Shown here piece after piece: positions 1 through 10,531 of a stretch of DNA of 64,000 bases (position 1 is its first letter; the number at the start of each line of letters is the position of its first letter). A program made the position numbers and the translations under genes. Source of the stretch: an uncultured Verrucomicrobiae bacterium (GTDB taxonomy: Bacteria > Verrucomicrobiota > Verrucomicrobiia > Limisphaerales > UBA8199); assembly GCA_963822005.1 (NCBI GenBank), contig CAWGGD010000015.1, forward strand, positions 479,555 to 543,554, read 5' to 3'. The notes under the pieces are model-generated. The model was not told where the DNA came from, ran no database searches, and worked only from the letters and a program-made list of their open reading frames with translations.

Positions 1-450
1 AGCCGTGCATCGTGGGCAGATGCTCGTCCAGGTCGCCCTGGTGGTTCTTGCCGAATTGTCCGGTGGCGTAGCCTTGGCTCTTGAGGACCGTGGCCATGGT
101 CACGTCCACTTTCTTCCAGCCTTCCTTCGCGCCGGGCAGACCGACCTTGGTCATGCCGTTGCGGACGGGGACAGAGCCGCTAATGAAAGCGGAGCGCCCT
201 GCCGTGCAGCTCTGCTGCGCGTAATAGTCAGTGAAGGCCACGCCTTCTTTGGCGATGCGATCAATGTTGGGGGTCTGGTAGCCCATCATGCCGTGGCTGT
301 TGTAGCTGATGTTCTGGATGCCGATGTCGTCGCCCCAGATGACGAGGATGTTGGGTTTCTTGGCTGCCGCTTGAGCCGGGCTGACAGCGCAGAGGAGCGC
401 CGCCGTGCCGGCCAGCAGTGACAAGCCGATGTGTTTAAGTTTCAATTTCA
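1..450 (-). CDS. Arylsulfatase family protein, N-terminal part only. The C-terminus lies beyond the window start. It has a signal peptide [28 protein letters not shown].
   Basis: The reverse-strand translation gives the sulfatase N-terminal signature ([10 protein letters not shown]...C-x-AGR...GKNHQGD). The ATG is at 448-450. It is paralogous to the next gene upstream. Confidence 0.85.
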
Positions 451-591
451 TATCTTCGTATCCTTCTATCTTTCTTTGTTCCGTGTGTTTCGGAAACTGC
501 ACAGGAGCAAACGGAGTCAACCGAGTGGATTCTCGTTCTCTGTTATCTCTGTTTGCTCCTGTTCCATTGATCGGTTCATTTGGGTGGGATA

Positions 592-629
592 GGCGGGCGG
601 CCCTGGCGAGCCGCCCGCCGTGAAGGTCA
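592..629 (-). terminator. GC-rich hairpin (GGCGGGCGG-N11-CCGCCCGCC) located 3' of the frameshifted sulfatase and 5' of the sulfatase leader.
   Basis: A perfect 9-bp inverted repeat lies directly after the stop of the upstream minus-strand gene. There is no clear U-tract. Confidence 0.4.
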
Positions 630-635
630 TTCCGG

Positions 636-2276
<1,641 letters not shown>

Positions 2277-2369
2277 ATATTCGTATCTTTCTCTCTTTCT
2301 TTGTTTTGTCTGTATTTGCCTTTCTATTGGTTGGTTTGCTTTGTTGTATTGCTCGGTTTGGTGGTTCGG

Positions 2370-2777
2370 CTACGGCCCGGTGTAATGGATCGCCACGGCG
2401 ATGATGACCCGGCCTTGTATCGTTTGCACTGAGCGCCCCCACCACGGGCCGGTCACAAACGCTCCCGTGGTCTGGGTCCTGTCATAAACCACCACGGCGG
2501 CATCGGCGCCCATTTTCGCCGCCCCTTTGCGCAGGGCGGCTTCGATCTCCGCCACGGGCACGCTGTCGCTGGAGGGTTCCGCCGTGACCTCTCCCAGCCG
2601 CACGTGCGGACGGGTCGGTGCCGTGCGCAGAATCTGAACCAGGGCCGGGTCCGAGGGCGGGAATTTCGGCCCGCCGATATCCTGCTTGTTAGAGGTGGAG
2701 ACGGTGTTGCAGCCGGTCAAGGCGACCAGCGCGATGACGGCGGTGAACACTGCGATAGGCTGAATAGTGGCTTTCAT
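2370..2777 (-). CDS. Small lipoprotein with signal MKATIQPIAVFTAVIALVALTGC and a conserved C-terminus ending IHYTGP. It is a paralog of 26626-27033.
   Basis: Lipobox LTGC. There is about 60% identity with the 26626-27033 product (ILRTAPTRPHV.LG.VTAEPSSDSVP...AAKMGADA...IHYTGP). Confidence 0.7.
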   Translation of the reverse strand: MKATIQPIAVFTAVIALVALTGCNTVSTSNKQDIGGPKFPPSDPALVQILRTAPTRPHVRLGEVTAEPSSDSVPVAEIEAALRKGAAKMGADAAVVVYDRTQTTGAFVTGPWWGRSVQTIQGRVIIAVAIHYTGP

Positions 2778-2817
2778 ATTACTGGTGATATTTGATGGTT
2801 GATGGTTTGAGGTTAGT

Positions 2818-3732
2818 TCATTTAGGGAAGAGGAACTGGACTTGAAACCGCAGTTGCCAATCGGCGCCGTTGTCGGGTTTCTCGACGTTGTAAAACGCCT
2901 GGAGCTGGAAGTTGACCGGCAGCTTGCCGAAGCGCTGGATCTTGCCCACGCCGCCGCCGACGGGCACCGTCCAGCGGTTGTCGCTGTTCGCTTCCCAATC
3001 AGCGGTGATGATGGGCGCGGTGACGAGGTACCAGCCGTGGGGCAGGTTGTAGTTGACGAACGGCTGCACGAGCATGGCGTTGACGTTGCGATCACCCCAG
3101 CCCGCGAAGGACCACTGGTTATTGGCCAGCGCGCCGATGACCCAATGGCCCTGCATGGTCAGCGCCACCGCCGCCGGCCCGGCGCACCACTTCCCGTTGC
3201 CCAGCATCGAGTCGGTCGCCGTCGGGAAGGTGAAGGTTGGCCCCGCGCCCCAGATGAACTTCTTGGACTTGGCCGGCGAGAAGAAGAAAGTGGGGTTGAT
3301 GTCGCCCAGGCCGGACGCGCTCCGCACACCGGGCTGGGGAGGCTGGCTGATGATCGGCATGATGGTCCGCGTGATCAGGTTCCAATCCTCGCTCAAGCTG
3401 ATGGGAATGACCGGCTGGACGTTGAGAATGTATTGCACGGCGTTGTTCGGTCCGACGCCGAAATTGAAGTCGTTCTGGAAAGGCACACTGATGAGTTTCG
3501 CGACCGGGTTCTGCGCGGCCTTGGCCAGCGCCTCCTGGCCTTCCTCGCCTTCGCCCCCGCCTCCGCCTCCAGCCGTCTCACCGGGAGCCTCCTTCAGGGT
3601 GAGCGGACGGTAGAACGCGCTTTGGCCGTCATCCAGACCGCGCGCGTCGCCGACGTTCTGACCCTGGAGGTCGAAGCTGGTCGCGAGCGCGGCCAGCAGT
3701 GGCAAGGCGATGTGGTTTAGCTTCAGCTTCAT
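2818..3732 (-). CDS. Outer-membrane beta-barrel protein (MetA-pathway/transporter-like OMP family) with signal peptide MKLKLNHIALPLLAALATS.
   Basis: The sequence is aromatic-rich and ends in a terminal aromatic (LFPK), with a Gly-rich linker. A paralog lies at 21648-22670. Confidence 0.55.
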   Translation of the reverse strand: MKLKLNHIALPLLAALATSFDLQGQNVGDARGLDDGQSAFYRPLTLKEAPGETAGGGGGGEGEEGQEALAKAAQNPVAKLISVPFQNDFNFGVGPNNAVQYILNVQPVIPISLSEDWNLITRTIMPIISQPPQPGVRSASGLGDINPTFFFSPAKSKKFIWGAGPTFTFPTATDSMLGNGKWCAGPAAVALTMQGHWVIGALANNQWSFAGWGDRNVNAMLVQPFVNYNLPHGWYLVTAPIITADWEANSDNRWTVPVGGGVGKIQRFGKLPVNFQLQAFYNVEKPDNGADWQLRFQVQFLFPK

Positions 3733-3809
3733 GTATTTGTATCCGTCTCTGGCTCTTTGTTCTGTTTGCTAATTCGTTATCTGTGAGTTTACCGCCTTCT
3801 GAAATCCTC

Positions 3810-4187
3810 TCAGGCGCTCTCACCCGCCGGCTCGGCGTGGGTGCCGGAGCCGAGCCGGATCGCCCCGACGTAATCCAGCCCGCGGGTCTCGGACATCCAG
3901 CGGATCTCCAGCACGGGCGGTCTGGGGGCGGTTTCCATCACCGCCAGGAGTCGGCCGAAGCGCCGGGAGCGAATCTGGTCCTCCATTTGCGCCGGGCTGG
4001 CCCATTCTTCGACGTAACAGAGCGCTTCCGGCTGATCCACCTCCTGGTAGATACAGCTCGATACGAAGCCGCGCTCAGCCCGCGCCGGCAGCATGATGGA
4101 CCGCAGGGCCTTGACCATCTCCGCCGCGTGTACAGGTTGAGCCTTGATTTGTAAGCGTAATTCGACCAACAGATGGGCTATAGGCAT
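3810..4187 (-). CDS. Small ABM-like (antibiotic biosynthesis monooxygenase fold) protein.
   Basis: The ORF is 125 aa, with size and pattern consistent with an ABM/Dabb domain. It lies downstream of a palindromic repeat array. Confidence 0.45.
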   Translation of the reverse strand: MPIAHLLVELRLQIKAQPVHAAEMVKALRSIMLPARAERGFVSSCIYQEVDQPEALCYVEEWASPAQMEDQIRSRRFGRLLAVMETAPRPPVLEIRWMSETRGLDYVGAIRLGSGTHAEPAGESA

Positions 4188-4472
4188 TTATGATGCCAAG
4201 CCGGTGGGTTGATGAATCTACATCGCTAACTTGCTGAAACAAAGCAACTTAGGTGACATACGCCGTTTATGAGCCCGGCTATTGAACTAGGAAATATCTC
4301 CAGCTTATTGGAGGCTCTACAGCAGGCTGGAGGCCCACTGCGACAGCGCGGCAGCGCGGCGAGTCAACACAGATAGACGGCTGCATCCATCCCTGCCCCT
4401 GACTCGGCAACCAGAGTACCCCGCTCGGCAGCCAGGACGACCTCCCCCAGGCACTCCAGATACTGCCACCAT

Positions 4473-4581
4473 AGTACCTCCGTCCCAGTACCTCCGTAGT
4501 ACGTCCGTAGTACCTCCGTATGGCTAACGGAGGTACTACTTAGGTATAACGGAGGTACAAGGGAGGTACTACGGAGGTACC
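4473..4581. repeat. Composite palindrome made of about 4 direct copies of GTACCTCCGT followed by about 5 copies of its complement ACGGAGGTAC.
   Basis: The repeats can be read directly in the sequence. The array sits between the sigma-54 activator gene 3' end and the ABM gene start. Confidence 0.85.
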
Positions 4582-4697
4582 ATCGGGGCACTGGGGGGCA
4601 CTTTAACGAGAAGGTTCGGGTGGAAAATAGGCGCTTGGGGCCTTGCACCCCCACAGCGTCAATCCCGGCAGGAAAGACTGTGTTTGAATTGTTTCGG

Positions 4698-6269
4698 CTA
4701 CGCCGGGCGCCGAAGGCCCAGCTTTGCCATTCGGAATTCCAGGGTGGTGGGTTTGAGGCCCAGAATCGCCGCCGCGCCCTTTTTGCCGCGGATTCGCCAG
4801 GCAGTCTGTTCCAGCACCCGCAAGACGTGTTCGCGCTCGACCTCTTCCATAGCCTGGCTGGGCTGCGCCCCCGTCGCGCGGGCATCAGGCTGTTCGATCT
4901 TCAACCTGGTCCCCGACGAGACGATCATCGCCCGCTCGATGGCGTTCCGCAGCTCCCGCACATTGCCCGGCCAGGGATAGCGCTGGAGCTGGTCCATGGT
5001 GGCTTGCCCAATGGACTGGATCTGCTTGCCGAACTGCGCGGCAAACTCCTCCACGAAGGCCCAGACCAGCGGCGGGATGTCTTCGCGACGCTCGCGCAAG
5101 GGCGGTACCTTGATCGGAAATACGTTCAGCCGATAGTAGAGATCCTGCCGGAACCGGCCTTCCCGGACCAGCTTCTCCAGGTCCCGATTCGTCGCCGCGA
5201 TGATGCGGATATCAACCTTGACGGGCTTGTGGCTGCCCAGCCGTTCGATTTCCTTCTCCTGCAGGACACGCAGCAGTTTCGCCTGAACCTCGGGTGGCAG
5301 CTCGCTGATTTCATCCAGGAAAATGGTGGAGCCGCTGGCCAGTTCGAAGCGGCCGGCCTGCCGGGTTAAGGCGCCGGTGTAGGCGCCTTTCTCGCGGCCA
5401 AACAGCTCGCTCTCAATGAGCGTGGCGGGAATGGCCGCGCAGTTGACCGTCACCATCGCCAGGCCGGAGCGGGGGCTGAGGTCGTGGATGACCGACGCGA
5501 TCACCTCCTTGCCGGTGCCGGTCTCGCCTTGCAGCAGGACGGTGGACGCGGTTGGGGCCACCTGCTCGACCTGGGCGAGGACGCGCTGGAGGGCCGGGCT
5601 TCGGCCGGTGAGACGCCGGTGGCCATGGAACTCTTTCACCTCCTGCCGGAGATAGGCGTTCTCCTGCTCCAATTGCTCTTTCAACTGCCGCACTTGCTCC
5701 ATGGCCTGGCGCAGAGCCGTATCAGCGGCCTGTCGCGATAGGGCATTGGCGAAAATCTCCGCGATCAAGCGCAGGCGGCCAACCAGCACTTCCGGCCAGC
5801 GGCGCTCCTCCTTTAGCGTGCCGAAAGCCAGCGCGCCCAGAACTTTGCCGCCCGCAATCAGCGGAAACGTCACGTTTGACTTTGGTCCCAGTCGGCGAAT
5901 GCTCTCTTTGTCCACCGCCGCCTCGGCGGGGAGTTCCTCCACGGATGAAAACTGAATGGGCCGGCCGGCGAGAATCTGTTGAACCCCCCAGGGATAGAGT
6001 TTGCCTGGGGGCGTCGGCGGATTCAGCTTGAATTCAGGCCTGGCCCAGCCATGGGTGGTGACCAAGTCCCGCGACGGCTCTCGCAATTCATAGAGTGTGC
6101 TCCGGTCAAGCCCCAGCGCTTCGCAAATGCGCTGCTGAGCGTTCTCAATCGCCCCGTCCACCTTGTCGCCGGCGATGTTGACGAAGCCCGCCAAGAGCTC
6201 GGTGAGCAGTATCTCAAACTGCAGGCGCTCTTCGAGTTCTGCGGGCGGCGTGGCGTCTCCGGCATTCAT
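4698..6269 (-). CDS. Sigma-54-dependent transcriptional activator (bacterial enhancer-binding protein) with an N-terminal GAF-like domain, an AAA+ domain and a C-terminal Fis-type HTH.
   Basis: Diagnostic motifs are present: GETGTGKE (Walker A), GAFTGA, ESELFGH-like, and a C-terminal HTH (AAILGLKPTTLEFRMAKLGL). Confidence 0.9.
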   Translation of the reverse strand: MNAGDATPPAELEERLQFEILLTELLAGFVNIAGDKVDGAIENAQQRICEALGLDRSTLYELREPSRDLVTTHGWARPEFKLNPPTPPGKLYPWGVQQILAGRPIQFSSVEELPAEAAVDKESIRRLGPKSNVTFPLIAGGKVLGALAFGTLKEERRWPEVLVGRLRLIAEIFANALSRQAADTALRQAMEQVRQLKEQLEQENAYLRQEVKEFHGHRRLTGRSPALQRVLAQVEQVAPTASTVLLQGETGTGKEVIASVIHDLSPRSGLAMVTVNCAAIPATLIESELFGREKGAYTGALTRQAGRFELASGSTIFLDEISELPPEVQAKLLRVLQEKEIERLGSHKPVKVDIRIIAATNRDLEKLVREGRFRQDLYYRLNVFPIKVPPLRERREDIPPLVWAFVEEFAAQFGKQIQSIGQATMDQLQRYPWPGNVRELRNAIERAMIVSSGTRLKIEQPDARATGAQPSQAMEEVEREHVLRVLEQTAWRIRGKKGAAAILGLKPTTLEFRMAKLGLRRPA

Positions 6270-6275
6270 TGGATT

Positions 6276-7106
6276 TCAGCCGTGGTGCTGGCCACCCGTG
6301 GGCTCGGATTGGCCCGAGGAAGAATGGAGCGCCACCAGGCGTGAAATCAGCACGGCCACGTAGAACAGTCCGGCGATGGCTTCCGTCACCGCCAGCATCC
6401 GGGCAGCCTTCGACACCGGCGTGATGTCGCCGAAGCCGATGGTGCACAGTGTAATGAAGCTGAAGTAGAACGCGCTGAAGCCGTCCAGAGTGGCTCCTGC
6501 ACTGGACCCTGCCGGGAACGCGAATGCGCCTGGATTCAGCCGGGAGACCATCACGTACATCGGTATCCACAGCAACCCGAGCAGCAAATAGCCGGAGAGA
6601 CCGGCGCAGAGCACGTTGGTGTCAACCCGGGGGGCTCGCATGATGAAGCGGAGCAGATTCGCGACGATAAAGCCGAAGAACACGACCCCGGAGGCCAGAA
6701 AGACGACGGGAGGCATCAGATCGGGGCGGAGATGGTTGGCCCACTTGCCACCCAGCGCGGGGCTCAGCAGCAGCAGCGCGACGATCAACGTCCGGCGGCG
6801 GCCGCCCACGGCCAGCACCGCCGACACCATCACCAGCGTGAGTAGGATAACCTCGATCAAATCACCCCCTGGCAAATCCTCTACGAGTGGCGCCGACACA
6901 AACAGGAGCACCAACGCCACCAACAGTTCGACGGCGGAGAAGCGAAACGCGCCCACGCGAAAAAGCCCTTCGCGCTGGGGCGCGAGGGACGCCATTCCGT
7001 CGCCCGGCGGTTGACCCGGGCGCCACCCCACCTCGGTCGGAGTTTCGGTGGTCTCGGAGCCCTGATTCGCTCGGTCGTCCGGTCTGGTTGGGGTCGTGTG
7101 CGCCAT
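6276..7106 (-). CDS. Ion-channel protein (K+-channel-like pore) with selectivity-filter variant TIGFGD. Its stop is 7 bp upstream of the sigma-54 activator start.
   Basis: Transmembrane helices and the pore motif TLCTIGFGDITP are present. It is paralogous to 14173-14916, which carries the canonical TVGYGD. Confidence 0.7.
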   Translation of the reverse strand: MAHTTPTRPDDRANQGSETTETPTEVGWRPGQPPGDGMASLAPQREGLFRVGAFRFSAVELLVALVLLFVSAPLVEDLPGGDLIEVILLTLVMVSAVLAVGGRRRTLIVALLLLSPALGGKWANHLRPDLMPPVVFLASGVVFFGFIVANLLRFIMRAPRVDTNVLCAGLSGYLLLGLLWIPMYVMVSRLNPGAFAFPAGSSAGATLDGFSAFYFSFITLCTIGFGDITPVSKAARMLAVTEAIAGLFYVAVLISRLVALHSSSGQSEPTGGQHHG

Positions 7107-7142
7107 AAGCTGATCGCCGTTCTAAGCGGTGAGATACTTCAT

Positions 7143-8678
7143 TTACCAGACGAGCACAAATTGAAGTTGCGCCACCAGCGCGGCATTGGCGTTGGGGTTG
7201 TGGACCGGGTTCCAAACGACCTGGAAATCGGGCTGGATTCTCATCATCGGGGTCAGTTGCAGCGTGTAGAACGTTTCCAGGACATACTCGTTTTCGTGAA
7301 ACACCGGCTGAGAGGTGGCTGCCGGCTGGGACCACACAAAGCCAACGCCGAGCAGATCGTTGCTATGCCGGGGCAGCAACCCCGCGTGTTTGAAAGGCGC
7401 ATGCATCACCAAACCGGTGCCCGCCTGCGCGGAAGCGGCGGCAGCCACTTCCGAACCGCCGAAACCAAACCGCCCGAACCAGCCGAACGGAGAATGGCGG
7501 CCAAGCTGCTGCTGCAGGTTGAAACAGAGCCCGCCCTGGACTCTGCCGCCGGCTCCGCCCACAAACGGTTGAATGCGGTAAATGCCCGGCCCCAGGCCGA
7601 ACACATCGTCCGGGGCGTAACCGCCCTCCCAGCTCAGCGACCAGCTTTCCCAGCTAAAATCGGTCCAGGGCGCATGGCCGGCGATCGAGCTGCCAGCGGA
7701 GGCGCCGAGCATCGCGTACCAATCGTCGTGCGGCTGCCACTGCAGGTTCAGGCCGAAGCTGTAGCTCGGCAACGGTAGCACAAGGCTGTTGATGAGCGCC
7801 GAGTTGATGAATTGGCCGCGGCCGCTTTGGGCATAGCTATTGGCGTCCAGGTAATTGCCCTGGCTCACCATGCCCGCCACCACCACCACCTCGCCGTCGC
7901 GGAAGGACTGCTGCCAGTCCAGTTCGGGAATCCGAAAGCCGTTGACGCTGGACCAAATCCCAGTGGGATCGGTAAGGGAACCGAGGTTCCGGCGAGCGTC
8001 CTGCGTCCGGCCGCCCGAACCGAGCCCGGTTTTGGCCTCGACCTGAGTGCTCAGCCAGCCCGCGGTGCCCGCGTTGGGCGCGTCGAAGACCGCCCACTTG
8101 GCCTTGAAATCAAAAGTGTAGTAGCCAAGGGCATGGTCTCCCTGCATCACGTCGGTCAGGCCGACACCGGTACAGGTCTGCTCCAGCGAGTAACGCAGCC
8201 CCATCTCCGAGGCCAAGTACTTCGCTCGCTGTACCTCGCGCTCAAAGGGCGCCACGGCGATCAGCGACCCCGGCTGGCCGGCCGTGTTGCCGTACTCATC
8301 CTGGCTCGCCAGGTAGGGCATGAGGCGCGGTTGAACCGATGGAAAGAACTGGATTCCCGCCCGGGGCTCACGGCTCTGCTCCAACCGCTCACGTATCTCG
8401 GGAGGCGATTTGGTGCCTTTTGTGGGGGTGGGAATCTGGCGCTTTAGGTCAAGACCGGCGGGCGGGTACAGCTTGGAAGGCAGTTCGTTGGTAGGCACCT
8501 TGACCAGGCGCCCCAAGCTGTCCAATAGCAGGACCTTATCGGTGTGGGAGTTGGTGGCATTGTCACTGCCGGCCTCGGCAGCCATGCTCGGAGCCCCCGA
8601 CGCCTGAACTTGCGCCGGCAGGGTGAAGCCGGCCAGGCAGACCGCCAGCAGCGGGTTCAGTTTCCCGGGCCATTTCAT
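7143..8678 (-). CDS. Large outer-membrane porin-like beta-barrel protein (possibly an OprB-type carbohydrate-selective porin) with signal MKWPGKLNPLLAVCLAGFTLPAQVQA.
   Basis: A signal peptide is present. The sequence is rich in Gly and aromatic residues and ends in Trp (LQFVLVW). Confidence 0.45.
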   Translation of the reverse strand: MKWPGKLNPLLAVCLAGFTLPAQVQASGAPSMAAEAGSDNATNSHTDKVLLLDSLGRLVKVPTNELPSKLYPPAGLDLKRQIPTPTKGTKSPPEIRERLEQSREPRAGIQFFPSVQPRLMPYLASQDEYGNTAGQPGSLIAVAPFEREVQRAKYLASEMGLRYSLEQTCTGVGLTDVMQGDHALGYYTFDFKAKWAVFDAPNAGTAGWLSTQVEAKTGLGSGGRTQDARRNLGSLTDPTGIWSSVNGFRIPELDWQQSFRDGEVVVVAGMVSQGNYLDANSYAQSGRGQFINSALINSLVLPLPSYSFGLNLQWQPHDDWYAMLGASAGSSIAGHAPWTDFSWESWSLSWEGGYAPDDVFGLGPGIYRIQPFVGGAGGRVQGGLCFNLQQQLGRHSPFGWFGRFGFGGSEVAAAASAQAGTGLVMHAPFKHAGLLPRHSNDLLGVGFVWSQPAATSQPVFHENEYVLETFYTLQLTPMMRIQPDFQVVWNPVHNPNANAALVAQLQFVLVW

Positions 8679-8771
8679 CTGTCTTTGACTCGGGTCACCT
8701 TCTCGGTCCATCCGTGAATGCGCAGGCTGCTCTCAGGTCAGACGGCCCGCGCGGTTCGCAGGCGCGGCGCG

Positions 8772-9533
8772 TCATCTGTGAGGGGGCGCTTGCGGGACAG
8801 CCGACGTCGTCTCCTTGAGCGCTTGCGCAAGTTGGCGGCTCAGGTCGGCGACGAGTCCGCTTAGCGTGGCAATGGCCCCGGACGGGTCGGCGTCCGGCGG
8901 GGCGCCCTGGCGCGCGAGACGAACCTGGCCGGCTTTGAGCATCTTCTCTCCGCCCGGTGCGAGGATGCGCCACCATGCGACGAGCACTCCGTGGCCACCG
9001 GCATCCACGTCGAATCGCTCGATCGCGACATAGACCTCCACTGAGACGTCCTCGCTCCGCCACGCGGACAAACGCACCTGGTCCGTGGGCAGCAAGGTCG
9101 CAAGGTTGGCCGCCAGCACACGCTGGATTCCGGTGTCCAGGCGCTCGGCCCAGAGCACCGAGGGGAGATAATCAACTTCGTTGGTGCCCTTGCGAACCGC
9201 CAGCGAGGTGTCGAAGAGATAGGCCGGTAGTTTCACCTGGCCCACGCCCACGGCCAAAGCACCGGGAGCCACCTTCGCCGGTCCGGTAGCCGGCAGCGGG
9301 GTCAGGACGAAATGCCGGGCCGTGGCGCGCGCGGGCTTGAGGAAGCCGAAGCAGCCCGTCAAGCCCCCACAAGCGGCAACAGCGAGTACCAAGCGGGTGA
9401 GAGTAGAAAGCCGAAGCAGCCTGGTGAGTGGGCGACTGCCTGGCGGCACGCAAGCGGCGGTTTCACAACGCAAGCGCGGTTCCGCTATTCGCACTTCGGA
9501 CTTCGGACTTCGGACTTCAACTTCGTGTTTCAT
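8772..9533 (-). CDS. PqiC/YmbA-like (DUF330) ABC-transport auxiliary lipoprotein.
   Basis: Lipobox LTGC. The gene immediately follows an MCE-protein gene, and its ATGA overlaps that gene's stop. Confidence 0.6.
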   Translation of the reverse strand: MKHEVEVRSPKSEVRIAEPRLRCETAACVPPGSRPLTRLLRLSTLTRLVLAVAACGGLTGCFGFLKPARATARHFVLTPLPATGPAKVAPGALAVGVGQVKLPAYLFDTSLAVRKGTNEVDYLPSVLWAERLDTGIQRVLAANLATLLPTDQVRLSAWRSEDVSVEVYVAIERFDVDAGGHGVLVAWWRILAPGGEKMLKAGQVRLARQGAPPDADPSGAIATLSGLVADLSRQLAQALKETTSAVPQAPPHR

Positions 9534-10519
9534 GGTTTCTTGGGGAGGATTTGGCGACCGGCGATAAGGGCGTTGGGGTGCTGTTTCAGAAAGTCGAGCA
9601 GGACGGCCAAGGACTGCACAGCCCCGGAGAGTTGTTGCAGGGCCTGGTCGAGATTGTTGGGCAAAGGCGCATCGGGCCCGAGCAGGGTCCGCAGGTTCTC
9701 GCCCGCCCCGCGGATTTGGGCTAGCGCGCGATTGGCTTCCGCGAGCGAGTTGGTGATGCTGTCGGAGAGCGGGTCAACCTTGCCGGTGAGCTTGGCGCCC
9801 AACTCGCGGTACTGGTCGAGCGTCGGCCGGACGGCCGCCAAGCCGTTCGTGATGTCGGGGGAGGTCACGAGACGCTCAACCGAAGCGAGCAGGTTAGTGA
9901 TGCTTTGGTTGATCTCCGCCATGTGCAGACTGCCGACGGTGGTGTCGAGTTTGACGAGCAGCGCATTCAGGTTCTTCTCGATGCTCTTGATGTCGAGGCT
10001 GGCGAGGTTGCTCATCAACTGCTGGATTTGGGTCGGCTCGGTGGGCAGCTCAGGATAGATCTGCTGGAGTTGATGGAAGACCGGCGGCGGCGCGTTCGGA
10101 TTGGGTCGAACCTCGATGTAGAGCACCCCGGTGACCAGGCTCTCGGATTGCAAGGAGGCGCGCAGGCCGCTTTGAATCCGCTGCCCCAGGGAGCGGTCCG
10201 TGAAGACCTCCATATTATCATCTCCCAGCCGCGCCCGCAGGAGCTTCTCCTCCAATTCGATGATCACCGGCATGGCGTAATCGTTGGTGGCCTGGTTGAA
10301 CCGGACCATCACCCGCTTGACGGAGCCGATGGTCACGCCGCGGTACTTGACCGGAGCGCCTACGTTCAGGCCGTTCAGCGAGTCGTTGAAGTAGACGATG
10401 AGGTCGCGGGTCTTGCTGAACATCTTAGACGAGCTGAAGAGCAGCAAGCCGGTCACGCCCAGGGCTACGCCCGTGACAATGAACAGCCCGATGGTAGTGG
10501 TGTTGATTTTCTGGCTCAT
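9530..10519 (-). CDS. MCE/MlaD-family (PqiB-like) protein.
   Basis: It has an N-terminal transmembrane helix followed by an MCE domain (VKYRGVTIGSVKRV) and a long helical C-terminus. Confidence 0.85.
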   Translation of the reverse strand: MSQKINTTTIGLFIVTGVALGVTGLLLFSSSKMFSKTRDLIVYFNDSLNGLNVGAPVKYRGVTIGSVKRVMVRFNQATNDYAMPVIIELEEKLLRARLGDDNMEVFTDRSLGQRIQSGLRASLQSESLVTGVLYIEVRPNPNAPPPVFHQLQQIYPELPTEPTQIQQLMSNLASLDIKSIEKNLNALLVKLDTTVGSLHMAEINQSITNLLASVERLVTSPDITNGLAAVRPTLDQYRELGAKLTGKVDPLSDSITNSLAEANRALAQIRGAGENLRTLLGPDAPLPNNLDQALQQLSGAVQSLAVLLDFLKQHPNALIAGRQILPKKP

Positions 10520-10531
10520 AAGTCTGGAGGA

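Noticed and set aside
4160-4200. A TGGCAT-N5-ATGCC sequence resembling a sigma-54 -24/-12 element on the minus strand, next to the ABM gene.
   Set aside because: It overlaps the ATG start codon itself (ATGCC is Met-Pro), so it cannot be a promoter for this gene.
9493-9525. Short tandem repeats that could be mistaken for a CRISPR array.
   Set aside because: The repeat unit is only 7 bp, with no spacers of 25-40 bp. It lies inside or adjacent to a coding start. There are no CRISPR arrays in the window.
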